From positions 1 through 64,000 of the IMG/VR virus record IMGVR_UViG_3300034630_000009: a stretch of DNA of 64,000 nt; one strand, given 5' to 3'. The position numbers and the translations under genes are program-made. The notes beneath the pieces are model-generated. The model worked only from the letters and a program-made list of their open reading frames with translations, did not search any database and was not told the origin of the DNA. This document shows positions 9,350-19,291 of this stretch, piece by piece (positions within the stretch are counted from its first letter, which is position 1; every line of letters begins with the position of its first letter). Origin of the DNA: a virus.

Positions 9350-12300
9350 AGTCCTGCCTGTCCCACCAGGCTCTTGCTGGCATCTGCCAAGATCTTGGAG
9401 GCATCGGCGACGGGGTTTGCCGTGATCGCCGTGACGTTAGGGCGGTTCATCGAGTTAGCGAGGCGTTCTCCAAGACGGTCGATCGCGCTACTCAACGTAC
9501 TGCTCAACTGCTGCAAACCGCCACCCATACCTTGCCCTGCCGCTTCCTGTACAGGGTTCCCGGTGGGGATGCCGTTGGGTGCGGTAGCAGCCACAAACCC
9601 ATTGCCGCCAAAGGTTTGACCGGCGTTGTACGTCACGCCTGTAAAACCGCCACCTGCGGCTCCACCGTTGGGGTCAATACCACCAATAACTTTCACTTTG
9701 GCGGCATCTGCCGTCTCTGCCAGCTCTCTGGCACGTCCCCTACCCGCCGCCGCGTTCTGCTCGGACTGTGCTCGTTCCGCTGCCGCCTGCTTGATGTCTA
9801 GCGCTCCTAAACCTAGCTGCCCTACCTCTCTCTGAGTGGCGGCGTTTGCCTGAGCATTACCAATCTGAGCGCCCGTGATGGCAACGTTTTGAGATGCCAG
9901 TGCAACCCCTTGTTGAGCATTGGCAATCTCATTGGCATCGCCCGTTTTGAGCGCTTTGAGTAGGGCTGACTTCTGCTCATTCTCGGCAATCCGAGCGCTC
10001 ATATTCGCCCGTTGTGCCTCCAATACGTTATTGCGGGCAGTCACTTCAGCCTGCCGCAGCTTTAGTTTTTCGGTCTCTCGTTCGGCATCATTCTGCTTTT
10101 GCAGTGCTCTCAGCTTTTCGCGATCGGCAGCAGCTTCGGCGGACTGTTTGATCTGCACCAGCTTGACTAGATCGGCATTGTTGACCTTACCGCTAATGCT
10201 TAGCCCAGCAAGTTGCCCAACCTGTGCTTGTAGCACCTGCCGTTGATTGGTCCCCAAGTCTTTACTCTGGAGTTTTTTGAAAGAGTCAACTGCTTCCGAG
10301 GCGCGATCGACCGCAGCCTTCAACTGCTGCTGACGCGCCTCTGACACCGCAGCGCTCACCTTTGCTTGAGCCTCTACCAGTTGGCTTTCGCGTTGAATGC
10401 TGCCTGCCAAGAGGTCATTGCTGGCTTTCTGCTGGTCAATCCCTGCATTAGCGGCGGTTAGCTGCCGTTTCTGGGCGTCGGCAACGTTCTGAATCCCCCG
10501 CAAAACTCGTTGTGTTTCCAGGTCTTGAATTTTGGCTCGCTCAGCATCTTGCTTTTGCAGGTTTTCGGTGATCTGGTTTTCGGCTTCCCGCGACCCGATG
10601 ACTTTATCTTGCTGTAGCTTTTTAATCTCTTGCAGGTCAATTTGAGCTTGTGCTAAACGCTTCTGCGCGGCTTCGGCTTCGATCCTTTGGATCTCAGCCT
10701 GCCCACCTTCGCCAACGACACCATCGCCTGATAGCTGCGTTTGACGTGCAGAAAACGTTTGAGCCGCTGTGGCTCGCTCGATCGCAGCGTTAGCGACTTT
10801 ACTACGCTGCTCAAAATCAGCTTGCTCGCGTTGGCGACGGATGCCCAGCAGTTTGACACGTTCATTGTCGAGGGCTTGCTCGATCGCCAGCTCTTTTTCA
10901 GCAGCTTCACGGGCATCTAAAACGCCCGCTGCCCGCTGTTGCTTCGTGGCGGCTAATTCTTTTTGCTTCTGAGCAATGGTGTCGGTTGCCGTCCGCTCCT
11001 CAATCTGGCTCGTTTCAACGGTGCCACTCGCACTCGATAGCCGCGAGGCATTGGCGCGTCTAGCAATTGCCGCTTCTGCCTGTTTATTCTGGAATTCAAA
11101 CTGTTTGAGCGTTTCCCGATTGGCAGCATCACGCGCCTTGATCTGGTTGTCCAGGTCGGACTTCTCCGCACTGGCAAGTTTTTTCTGAAGCTCCGATCGC
11201 TTGGTTGCTGCTTCCTTAGCCCCGATTTGCCCCGTTTTCTCAGCGGCATCAATCTGCGCGATCGACTCCTCAATCGCTTTCACCTTGCCCTGGCTCTCTT
11301 TTGCCTGAATTTGGGCGATCGCGGCTTCAGTCTCCTGAGCGGTTTTAGTGCGGGAAAGTTGGGCTTTTTTGGCAAGGGCGATTTCGCGATCGGCTGACTC
11401 GGAGAGCTTATTCTCCTTCAGCGTTAAATCACGGCTGAAATCTTGAATGTCTTTGAGCTGCCCCGATGCCGTTTTTTCAGAGGTATCGACACCTGCTCCC
11501 TTACTGCTACTGCCTTCACTTGTCGCAAGACTCTTGCTGTCAACCTTGAGATCAGCCTTTGCCTCTGCTGCTTTTCTGACCGCTCGTTCTTGAAAGGTTT
11601 CCTCTTCTGGCGCACCTGCATCACGCTTAGCCGCTGCCGCTTTTTGCACTGCCGCCGCCTGAAAATCTGCCTTGGCAGCATCTTCGTCAGGTTTCGCTAA
11701 TGTCCGTTTGCGAACTTCGTCTAGCTGCTTTTGGGTCTCCTCAAACCGGATTTTCTCAATTTCTTGTGGCTTGATCGAGCCAAAGGTAAGGGGTACCCCA
11801 CCGATATCGGTGGTTAAGCTTTGCCGTCGCACTCGCGCCTGCGTCCGTTTTTCCGCAGCATCAGCATCGGCTTTGGTGCCCCCCGCACCCTGAATTGCCT
11901 TACTCGCGCCTTCTTTGTCGCCAGCATCAGGATTGAGCAACCCTTTCAGCCGTTGAGCGCCTTCGCCCAGCTTGTCTACAACCTTGCCTGCAACTCCAAC
12001 CGCCTCATTCAGCAGTTTGACAAACTCCACCGTGCCCGACACCAGATCGGCGATCGCGCGTGGGTTCTCCTTCAGATACTCCGTGAGCGATCGCGCACCG
12101 CTGGCAACGTCATCTGCCAACACCTTGCCTGCTTCACCCAACGCCAGCGCTAACTCTTTCGCCAGATCAGGATCTTGTTCCAGAGAAAGCTTAAAGCCTT
12201 CGGCACTGCCCTTCAGCCCATCCAGCAACCCACTGGATTTAAGGATTTCATTGGCAGTATCGGTGCCTAACTTGGCTAAGCCCTCAAAGGCAGGCGCGAT

Positions 12301-13545
12301 CGCCTCACCCAGGTTGAGCTTGAGCGTGGCAACCGACCCTTCTAAAAGCTTGAGTTGCCCTGGTAGCCCGGTAAGTAGTTTCTTTGCCGCTTCACCCGCT
12401 GCATTATCTTGCGATGCATTATTAATTGTCTTGAACGTGCTGTCGATCTTTTCCTGAGAGGTTGACAACAGCGCTAAAAGCGGTGCTGCTCCACCATCGC
12501 CAAAAATGGCTTTGACTAGAGACGCTTGCCGTTGTTGGGTTAGACCAGACAAGGATTTACGAAGCTCTGGAATAAGCGCTTCCAGGCTTCGCATTTTACC
12601 GCTGGCGTCAAAAACACTCACCCCAAGCTGCTCTATGGCATTCTTTGCCTCGGCGCTGGTCGGTGCCGCCAAGCTGCTAATGATGGTTTTGACACCTGTT
12701 CCGGCTGCTTCCATCTGGAAACCTGCCGATCGCAGCAAACCAAACGTGGCTGCTAACGTTTCAAAGCTCTGGTTGTTTGCCTTCGCCACACCACCAGCTG
12801 ATGAGATGGCTTGCAGCAAATCCTGCGCATCCGCCGCTGTCGCGTTACTGGTGGCGGCGACAACATCAGCCGTTTTCTTGGTGTTGGTGCCAAAGACGTT
12901 AAATGCTGCCCCTGCCACCTCTGCCGCTTTGCCCAAGTCGGTCAGTCCAGAGGCTTCAGACAGCCTCACCACGCCTTCAACCTGCTCTTTAGTATCTTTG
13001 GCACTAAAGCCAAGCTTGGCAAGCTGTACTGCCGCCTCACCCACCTGTACAGGGGTTTTAGAAGTCTCAATGCCTAAACGCTTGGCTTCGTCAGCCAGGG
13101 CTTTGGTTTCTTCCTTCGTGGCGTTGGCAACCGCGCCAAAGGTGGTGAGCTTGTCCTGAAAGGCAATGAACGTATCCAAGCCTTCTTTGACGGTGCCCGT
13201 AACGGCTCCTACAGCTCCTGCTACCGTGCCTTGAATGCTGTTGGCAAGGTTGATGCCAATGCCTTGCCCAATGCCTCTGCCAACTTCACCGAGCGCTTGC
13301 TTGGCAAAGTCACCCAGTTCTTTCAGTTTCTGTTTCGCAAGGCTGGTATCGGCATCGATCGGTGTCTTTACTCCACGCCCCGCCTGTTTTGCTAGCCCAT
13401 CCAGTTCGCCTTTTGCCTTAGCTGTATCGGCTCCAACCTTAAGATTCGCGTCTTTGCCAGCGATCTGCTGTTGAGTCGCTGCAACCTGGGCAGGAATGTC
13501 TTTGGTATTTAAGACCGCCTTAAATTCTACTGAGCCTATTTCCAC
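9346..13545 (-). CDS. Tape measure protein (TP901 family)
   Basis: 1399 aa, Ala-rich helical; LGIETSKTP, AGTGVKTII..L, LGVSVFDASGKMRSL motifs. Confidence 0.95.
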   Translation of the reverse strand: MEIGSVEFKAVLNTKDIPAQVAATQQQIAGKDANLKVGADTAKAKGELDGLAKQAGRGVKTPIDADTSLAKQKLKELGDFAKQALGEVGRGIGQGIGINLANSIQGTVAGAVGAVTGTVKEGLDTFIAFQDKLTTFGAVANATKEETKALADEAKRLGIETSKTPVQVGEAAVQLAKLGFSAKDTKEQVEGVVRLSEASGLTDLGKAAEVAGAAFNVFGTNTKKTADVVAATSNATAADAQDLLQAISSAGGVAKANNQSFETLAATFGLLRSAGFQMEAAGTGVKTIISSLAAPTSAEAKNAIEQLGVSVFDASGKMRSLEALIPELRKSLSGLTQQRQASLVKAIFGDGGAAPLLALLSTSQEKIDSTFKTINNASQDNAAGEAAKKLLTGLPGQLKLLEGSVATLKLNLGEAIAPAFEGLAKLGTDTANEILKSSGLLDGLKGSAEGFKLSLEQDPDLAKELALALGEAGKVLADDVASGARSLTEYLKENPRAIADLVSGTVEFVKLLNEAVGVAGKVVDKLGEGAQRLKGLLNPDAGDKEGASKAIQGAGGTKADADAAEKRTQARVRRQSLTTDIGGVPLTFGSIKPQEIEKIRFEETQKQLDEVRKRTLAKPDEDAAKADFQAAAVQKAAAAKRDAGAPEEETFQERAVRKAAEAKADLKVDSKSLATSEGSSSKGAGVDTSEKTASGQLKDIQDFSRDLTLKENKLSESADREIALAKKAQLSRTKTAQETEAAIAQIQAKESQGKVKAIEESIAQIDAAEKTGQIGAKEAATKRSELQKKLASAEKSDLDNQIKARDAANRETLKQFEFQNKQAEAAIARRANASRLSSASGTVETSQIEERTATDTIAQKQKELAATKQQRAAGVLDAREAAEKELAIEQALDNERVKLLGIRRQREQADFEQRSKVANAAIERATAAQTFSARQTQLSGDGVVGEGGQAEIQRIEAEAAQKRLAQAQIDLQEIKKLQQDKVIGSREAENQITENLQKQDAERAKIQDLETQRVLRGIQNVADAQKRQLTAANAGIDQQKASNDLLAGSIQRESQLVEAQAKVSAAVSEARQQQLKAAVDRASEAVDSFKKLQSKDLGTNQRQVLQAQVGQLAGLSISGKVNNADLVKLVQIKQSAEAAADREKLRALQKQNDAERETEKLKLRQAEVTARNNVLEAQRANMSARIAENEQKSALLKALKTGDANEIANAQQGVALASQNVAITGAQIGNAQANAATQREVGQLGLGALDIKQAAAERAQSEQNAAAGRGRARELAETADAAKVKVIGGIDPNGGAAGGGFTGVTYNAGQTFGGNGFVAATAPNGIPTGNPVQEAAGQGMGGGLQQLSSTLSSAIDRLGERLANSMNRPNVTAITANPVADASKILADASKSLVGQAGL

Positions 13546-13576
13546 AGACAGCCCCTACGCTACGTGCTCAAAGTTC

Positions 13577-13984
13577 CTACTCAGACGCAGCCGCCTCCAG
13601 CAAACGCCGATCGAGCCACTCCACTACCCATCCCGGCAGCTTGCCTTCATCCCATAGTCTGAGTGTCGTTCGCGCGGCTGCTACAGGCACCAATGCTTTA
13701 GCCTCGCGCTGGTAAAGCGCAAGGGCATAAGGATTCACAAACTCAGTCGCTTCGGTGGGGCGCTTGACCCCATTGCACCCCGCGATCGTGGCGGCTACTC
13801 CATGCAACGGAGTGGCGATACTATTCGCCTGCTGCAATTCACGCTCATTGAGATAGGCGATCGCCCCGCTAATGACCTTTACACCGCAACGGCTAAAGCT
13901 GTCGTCTCCAAATTTTTTGTTACTGGGGAAGTCGTAAGAGAGTCGCCAGAAGATTTCCGTCCAGAAGTCTTGAGGGGCTTTTTT
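13577..13984 (-). CDS. Tail assembly chaperone, -1 frameshift extension (GT-like)
   Basis: The -1 frame is open from the slippery site at 13978-13984 through ORF 13577-13837. Confidence 0.8.
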   Translation of the reverse strand, partial: KKAPQDFWTEIFWRLSYDFPSNKKFGDDSFSRCGVKVISGAIAYLNERELQQANSIATPLHGVAATIAGCNGVKRPTEATEFVNPYALALYQREAKALVPVAAARTTLRLWDEGKLPGWVVEWLDRRLLEAAASE

Positions 13985-14439
13985 GCGGTGGTAGCCTCTG
14001 TCTCTGTTTCCATTTCAGAAGTAATTGTGGCAGTTTGCCAATGGGTACGCTCGCCAATAAAGAAATTATAGAGATCGTCGATTTGCTGTGTGCCCAGTTG
14101 CATAGTCTTAGCAACCGTCCAAGCGGCATCATGCCTGAATAACAGGATGAGTGTCACCGCTGCTGCTTTAAGGCGGAACAGTGTCAGTTCTTCCCATGCG
14201 ACGGTACGAGTCGCGCTTTCTAAAAAGCACTGCCACGTAAATTCTTCGCCTTGAGTCAATTGATGAAGTTTGGGTAACTCAAAAAGCGACACGGTGATGG
14301 TTTTACCCGTGACTACCTCAGAGGGGAGCAAGTCAAACGGCAAAGCCGCCGCGATCGCGGGTAGTTCTGTTTTAAAGAACTCAAACAGTGCCTTAATTTC
14401 CGTGACCATGCCCAACGGTTTTAGCTCTGTCTCACTCAT
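13879..14439 (-). CDS. Tail assembly chaperone (G-like)
   Basis: Lies between tail tube and tape measure genes; contains A AAA AAG. Confidence 0.75.
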   Translation of the reverse strand: MSETELKPLGMVTEIKALFEFFKTELPAIAAALPFDLLPSEVVTGKTITVSLFELPKLHQLTQGEEFTWQCFLESATRTVAWEELTLFRLKAAAVTLILLFRHDAAWTVAKTMQLGTQQIDDLYNFFIGERTHWQTATITSEMETETEATTAKKPLKTSGRKSSGDSLTTSPVTKNLETTALAVAV

Positions 14440-14659
14440 ACACTCGCTCCAAAACAACGTTGTAATCAGGGTTGTATTTAATTTCAGGCACCTTGACCAG
14501 GTAAAGCTCACCATCTCGATTTTCGGTCTGGATCAGTGCCACCCTTTGCCCCATCAGCCCAGGATCGCGCAATGCCACCACACCAGCGGTAATGGTTTCC
14601 GCCTCTACTTGGCAGTGACTACAGAAGATGCCGCGTGTCTGTAAGCCGCTGATCAGCAT
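14432..14659 (-). CDS. Hypothetical protein
   Basis: 75-aa ORF coupled to both neighbours. Confidence 0.55.
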   Translation of the reverse strand: MLISGLQTRGIFCSHCQVEAETITAGVVALRDPGLMGQRVALIQTENRDGELYLVKVPEIKYNPDYNVVLERVYE

Positions 14660-15666
14660 CAGGGTGTCACTGGTACAGGTACAGCTTTAATCACGGCACC
14701 GCTGAAGCTAATTTCCAGGTCGCCAGAAATGGGCGCGTTTGCCTGCCCCGCTTGTTTGTTGCTGGTAACAACGCCAATACCAACAATGCTGTCACCCGTG
14801 ATAAAACTGGGGTTAGGTGCGGGTTCCAGCCGTTTGACATAGATAAATTTTTGCAAATCCGCTTGTTCTGCCGCAGTGCGAAAAGCTGCGTTGTAATGCC
14901 ACTTAATCCCAGGCAGGGTGATTTTGCGATCGATGGTAGTCGGTGTCTGCAACTGTGCTCCACCTGTGTTAAACGTCACGGTTTGCACCGTAGCAAACGT
15001 TTCATCCAGGGAAGCATCGGTGCGATCCCAGAGATACGTGGGGAATTCTGCGCCTGATCCAGCAGTGATTGCCTCATCCAGTGCTCTGACGGTCAGGGTA
15101 GTGGCTCCGATCGCGGCTGAAACCGTGACTTTTGCCGACTTCTCCACGTCGTTAGAGTCAGCAAAACAAAGATATTGCCCAGCATAAACGGGTCCCAACA
15201 AGGGCTCAAACAGGGTCACGCTAGTTGCACCTTTGGCAGTTGTGTTCGTTACCAGCGCTGTTGCTCCTAACGTCATGTTGGCAGGGGTAGCACCCGTTGA
15301 TGCAGCAGTAAAAGTTTGTCCGCTCAGCAGTACGAACGCACCTGTTGTTGGCTTGCCTGCAAAAATGCCCGTAGTTGGCGTGTTGAGCTTGACGCTTGCC
15401 AGAAGTGCATTCCGAATGATGGCAACAGTGTCGCCAGCTCCAGCGGTATAAGAGCCAATGACCACACCGTTTACGGTAAGCGAGTACACCCCTGCTGCTG
15501 CTGTCGCTACAGTCACGGTTTGCTGATAGCCACCGTCAAGGTAAATGTTTTGATCGACGATCGCGCTGGCGGAGACACCTGGATCAAGCGCTGCCAGATA
15601 AATTTGTACTAGCTTGCCCAGCACCGTTTGATGGCTAATCTGAGCGCGATTGCGAGTTAAAGGCAT
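14659..15666 (-). CDS. Major tail (tube) protein
   Basis: Position; C-terminal GIGVVTS...GDLEISFSG tube-like motif. Confidence 0.7.
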   Translation of the reverse strand: MPLTRNRAQISHQTVLGKLVQIYLAALDPGVSASAIVDQNIYLDGGYQQTVTVATAAAGVYSLTVNGVVIGSYTAGAGDTVAIIRNALLASVKLNTPTTGIFAGKPTTGAFVLLSGQTFTAASTGATPANMTLGATALVTNTTAKGATSVTLFEPLLGPVYAGQYLCFADSNDVEKSAKVTVSAAIGATTLTVRALDEAITAGSGAEFPTYLWDRTDASLDETFATVQTVTFNTGGAQLQTPTTIDRKITLPGIKWHYNAAFRTAAEQADLQKFIYVKRLEPAPNPSFITGDSIVGIGVVTSNKQAGQANAPISGDLEISFSGAVIKAVPVPVTP

Positions 15667-15709
15667 AGGAGAACCCAGCGCGGTTAAGGTCGCTGCTACT
15701 GTTCCCCCG

Positions 15710-16141
15710 CTAGACTCCCGCTCGCATCACCCGTTGCACTCGCGTCAGTGTGACGGTGATTCGTCGTGATTCAATGTTATCCAACACGGTCGATCGCACC
15801 ACTCTGGGAGACACTTCAGTAATCTCATCGATCGCCAGCAAGAGTGCTTCTGTGGCGGCAATGGTCGTGTCGTTCAAGTCCCACTGCTTGAGCGTGATGG
15901 TTGTCTCTGCGGCAATCTGGTTACTACCCAGCATTGCGGTAACAGGCGTATTGACCTCTGGCTGAATGACCACCTCTAACCCCTCGACACTCATCCCCTG
16001 GGGCGAACTGCCTGTGTCATCAATGGCGATAGCAGGTGTGGTTTCGCCATTTAAGCTGGTGTAAGTGCCCAGCAAATCGCCCAGCGCCGTGATGAGGCGT
16101 TGTTGCAGCAGTTGAGCGCGATCGAGGTAGGTTTCAGTCAC
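15710..16141 (-). CDS. Tail terminator-position protein
   Basis: Synteny and size. Confidence 0.5.
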   Translation of the reverse strand: MTETYLDRAQLLQQRLITALGDLLGTYTSLNGETTPAIAIDDTGSSPQGMSVEGLEVVIQPEVNTPVTAMLGSNQIAAETTITLKQWDLNDTTIAATEALLLAIDEITEVSPRVVRSTVLDNIESRRITVTLTRVQRVMRAGV

Positions 16142-16560
16142 AGCAATTTTGACTTCAGTAGAGTTGCAAAAACCTTTTGAGCATTGACACGCTCTAGACC
16201 ATCTTTCACCCAGTCACGACCGGGGATGTTTGTGCTTTTACTGGTTGTATAGCCATACAAAATGGCAAGCCCATACGCAACATTCCAACTGTAACGGGCT
16301 TCTGTGTGACTAACAAAATCAAGTTGCTGACTGGCTCTCAAGCGTCCCGTATCCACAATATCGCGTGGCGAACTCACTTCATGCGGGGTCTTCCTTTTGC
16401 CGCCAGACCCATCGCCATAACGCTTGGTCGTAGTCGGAAAATCCCACTTTGGATCAGAAATTGACTGCGTAAAGCCAGTACCCATCAGCAGGCAGGTTTC
16501 TCTGAAGGCTGCTTGAGCGGCTTTCTCGATCGCGGCTGTATTGAGCTTAATGGTTGCCAT
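16138..16560 (-). CDS. HK97 gp10-like tail completion protein
   Basis: VDTGRLRAS...YG...PGRDW motif. Confidence 0.75.
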   Translation of the reverse strand: MATIKLNTAAIEKAAQAAFRETCLLMGTGFTQSISDPKWDFPTTTKRYGDGSGGKRKTPHEVSSPRDIVDTGRLRASQQLDFVSHTEARYSWNVAYGLAILYGYTTSKSTNIPGRDWVKDGLERVNAQKVFATLLKSKLL

Positions 16561-17327
16561 CAGAGTAAGTACGCCTCCTCAAGTCCCAGTAGTAATTGTG
16601 TGGCACTGACCGCTACGCCTACTTCCTGATAATAGCCCGGTGCCACTATGAGGGGGTTCTGTGTCAGGTTGCCAACGCTGCCCACAAAGACAGGCTGGTC
16701 TACCGTCCAACTCCAGCCAGTATCTTGCATCAGCCCACTGGTGGCAAATTGTGGTTTTCCGCCTGCTGCCACTGCGTTCAACGTTAGCCCGATCGCGCCT
16801 TCAGTCTGGGTTATATCAGTCGCATCGGCATAGACTAATTGCCCATTGTGCAGCGCAACTAGCCGATGGAGGGAAAGTGCGATCGCGGCTGGGTATTGTC
16901 CTGGTGTGGGTTGTAGCGCAATGCCCTGAGCGCCACCTGCCACTGCTTGAGCGCGAAAAATACCCGATACTTTTGCCCCCAGCGCTGCCTCTACCCCAAA
17001 GGGGCTAGGTGTACCTCTGTAGAGCGTAAACCAGCCTGATTGCGTGTCTTTCGTCACCGGATCGGTAATCACTGCCCACCCTTTGCTGAGATGCCCCACA
17101 CCGTTGGGTACGGTGGAAGGGTTGGTCAGACGACCTGACAGAGGCTCATCAGACTCATCTATACCAGGATAGAAAAGCCCCCTCGGACGACTATCAGGTT
17201 TCAAGTAAGCCTTGACCGTTACCGTGAGTGTTGCTGGTTGTTTGTTGCCCGTGCGCGGGTCAGTAGCGATCGCACCCGTTGCGACCGAAAATGTCAGCAC
17301 CGCGTTACTGGGAAACGGTGAAGCCAT
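16560..17327 (-). CDS. Head closure-like protein fused to a cement-like domain
   Basis: N-terminal TDPRTGN..VKAYL; C-terminal AIGLT..WSW..PVFVG..GVAVSA domain resembles 1849-2817. Confidence 0.55.
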   Translation of the reverse strand: MASPFPSNAVLTFSVATGAIATDPRTGNKQPATLTVTVKAYLKPDSRPRGLFYPGIDESDEPLSGRLTNPSTVPNGVGHLSKGWAVITDPVTKDTQSGWFTLYRGTPSPFGVEAALGAKVSGIFRAQAVAGGAQGIALQPTPGQYPAAIALSLHRLVALHNGQLVYADATDITQTEGAIGLTLNAVAAGGKPQFATSGLMQDTGWSWTVDQPVFVGSVGNLTQNPLIVAPGYYQEVGVAVSATQLLLGLEEAYLL

Positions 17328-17569
17328 TACTCAGGCTTGGTAGGTTTGGTGGTTTTAGGAGTGGCAGGAGCGGGAGGGGTGACAGGCGACGAAGTTAGAG
17401 CGCGCAGAGTTTCTGCTTCCAGCATCTCGACGATCGTCGAATCATCCTTGATATCGTTCCACACGTCATCATCCAGTTCACCCACGCCAGGTATGAACGA
17501 AACGCGGTGATTAGCAAAGACGATCGTGGTCGCACCAGCACGGTTTGCAGGAGTAAATTGATAACGCAT
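17327..17569 (-). CDS. Hypothetical head-associated protein
   Basis: 80-aa ORF after the capsid gene. Confidence 0.6.
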   Translation of the reverse strand: MRYQFTPANRAGATTIVFANHRVSFIPGVGELDDDVWNDIKDDSTIVEMLEAETLRALTSSPVTPPAPATPKTTKPTKPE

Positions 17570-17618
17570 GGGAAAAACTAAAGGCTAAAGGCTAAAAACA
17601 ACCAGCAATTAAGAACTA

Positions 17619-18626
17619 CTAAGACTTGTTGAGGATGTACAGGCGAGCACGGAACGGTTGCGCGTAAATCACTTCTGACGTAGCACACAGACCAATCTGG
17701 CGATAGGTCATCCCATCGTCCAGGATGAAGGGTGGCATGGTATCGATGTCAGCATAATGGCGCATGATGTTGTTCTGCACTGTGGAGTCCATAAACATTA
17801 GCAGGTCAGCCGTTGCGGGTATACTCACGCCACCAATGCTGGTGATGTTACCGCCGTTCACATCGCGCACAATGTCAGCCCCAAACTCGTTCACCGTAGT
17901 CAGCTTCCGAAGTTGCGGTGATTCGGCGCGATTGGTCAACATTTGCGCTGGGGTGCCATCGTTTGAGTTGTCAGCAAAACGACGTTGCAGCGCGGCTCGG
18001 ATGTCCTCGTCCACGATCGCCGCCGTTGCTTCCGCCGTGAGTCTCGTGTTTTTGCGAAAGTTGGACAACTCGGTTCTGAACCATTCGTAAGCGGTAGCTG
18101 CCGTTGCACCTGTCCCGGTTACGCCGTTGGCACCTGCCGTGACGTTGATCACTTCCACATAAGGGTTGTTGATAAAGCCCGTGAACCCGATCGTCGGGTC
18201 GCCGAACACCGTGCGGATGTGCATCCATTCACGCAATCCTTTTTCCAGTGCGTTGCGATAGCTCTGCACCACATTGGTGCGCGGTAGGAAGGTATTTTTC
18301 TGTGCGGCTTCTTCCGATCGCAGTTCCTGCCACGTCCACTCCGCTGCTAGTACGCCCACCTGGCACTTGTACTCATCCATGTTGATGCCAAAGTTGGCAA
18401 GGGGCAGCGTCGTGGCTTTACCGCCGTAGTTCACAGCACGACCGGTGTAGTCAATCCGGGCGGTGGTGTACTTCAAGGTGCCAAAGGGCAGATCTGAAAT
18501 AGCTTCGTGATACATGCCGTTGTACCCCCACATTTCAGGCCACACCGTTTCTACGAGCTGTGTTTCATACGTCGTCAGCGCTTCGGTCAGGAACTTCCCC
18601 GCCAAAACCACCTCATTCTGAATCAT
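17619..18626 (-). CDS. Major capsid protein (DUF2184-like)
   Basis: WTWQELR, FGDPTIGFTGFINNP, IYAQP motifs; synteny. Confidence 0.85.
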   Translation of the reverse strand: MIQNEVVLAGKFLTEALTTYETQLVETVWPEMWGYNGMYHEAISDLPFGTLKYTTARIDYTGRAVNYGGKATTLPLANFGINMDEYKCQVGVLAAEWTWQELRSEEAAQKNTFLPRTNVVQSYRNALEKGLREWMHIRTVFGDPTIGFTGFINNPYVEVINVTAGANGVTGTGATAATAYEWFRTELSNFRKNTRLTAEATAAIVDEDIRAALQRRFADNSNDGTPAQMLTNRAESPQLRKLTTVNEFGADIVRDVNGGNITSIGGVSIPATADLLMFMDSTVQNNIMRHYADIDTMPPFILDDGMTYRQIGLCATSEVIYAQPFRARLYILNKS

Positions 18627-18679
18627 GCTGTCTCCTGGTCAAATAATTGTTGGTTCTTGACGGGTCTATTGACGGATCC

Positions 18680-19285
18680 TTACATCACGCTGAAGCCAGT
18701 CGTCGGGGTCACGGTGCCCAAGCGGACTAACACCAAAGAACCAGCAGAGCAGGCTTCATAAGCTCTGGCACCCGGCAGCAATTCGCAGCCCACCTGCGCC
18801 CCAGCCGCCGTGCCTGTAAACCCTTTGCGAATTTGCCCTAATTGGCTACCGCTCAGAGATGCCGTAGCAAAACGATAGGCAATCAAATCACCCGGATTCA
18901 GCGCTTCTTCGGAGTACATGACAATATCGCCCATCGTCATCGTTTCAACCAGTACGTTAGTTAGGGCGGGATAGCCAACTGCGTTTTCAGGGATGGTGCC
19001 CGATGCCTGCAAGCCGCTCTGCTGCTTGAGCAAATCGCGCAGATACAAGCCCCAGCGTTCATTGAAGATGTTGACACCCAGAATCAGGTGAGTGGCATCG
19101 GCGGCTTGCGTTGGTAGCACCGCTTTGCCGTTGACCAGATGCGTGACGCGACCAAAAGGCAGCACACCCGTTTCGCCGTTGGGTGTATTGACGATCGCGC
19201 CATCAAGGCGACGGATGGAAGTATCACCAACCTGTCCTTCCGTAAGCCACTTGTTTTGACGGTAGCCGACAGTGGTTTGAGGCAT
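18680..19285 (-). CDS. Head decoration / cement protein
   Basis: LPFGRV, ILGV, MTMGDIVM motifs; lies between protease and capsid genes. Confidence 0.75.
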   Translation of the reverse strand: MPQTTVGYRQNKWLTEGQVGDTSIRRLDGAIVNTPNGETGVLPFGRVTHLVNGKAVLPTQAADATHLILGVNIFNERWGLYLRDLLKQQSGLQASGTIPENAVGYPALTNVLVETMTMGDIVMYSEEALNPGDLIAYRFATASLSGSQLGQIRKGFTGTAAGAQVGCELLPGARAYEACSAGSLVLVRLGTVTPTTGFSVM

Positions 19286-19291
19286 AAAGCG

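Noticed and set aside
9338-13474. Many plus-strand ORFs opposite the tape measure gene
   Set aside because: Antisense shadows of an Ala/Leu-rich gene
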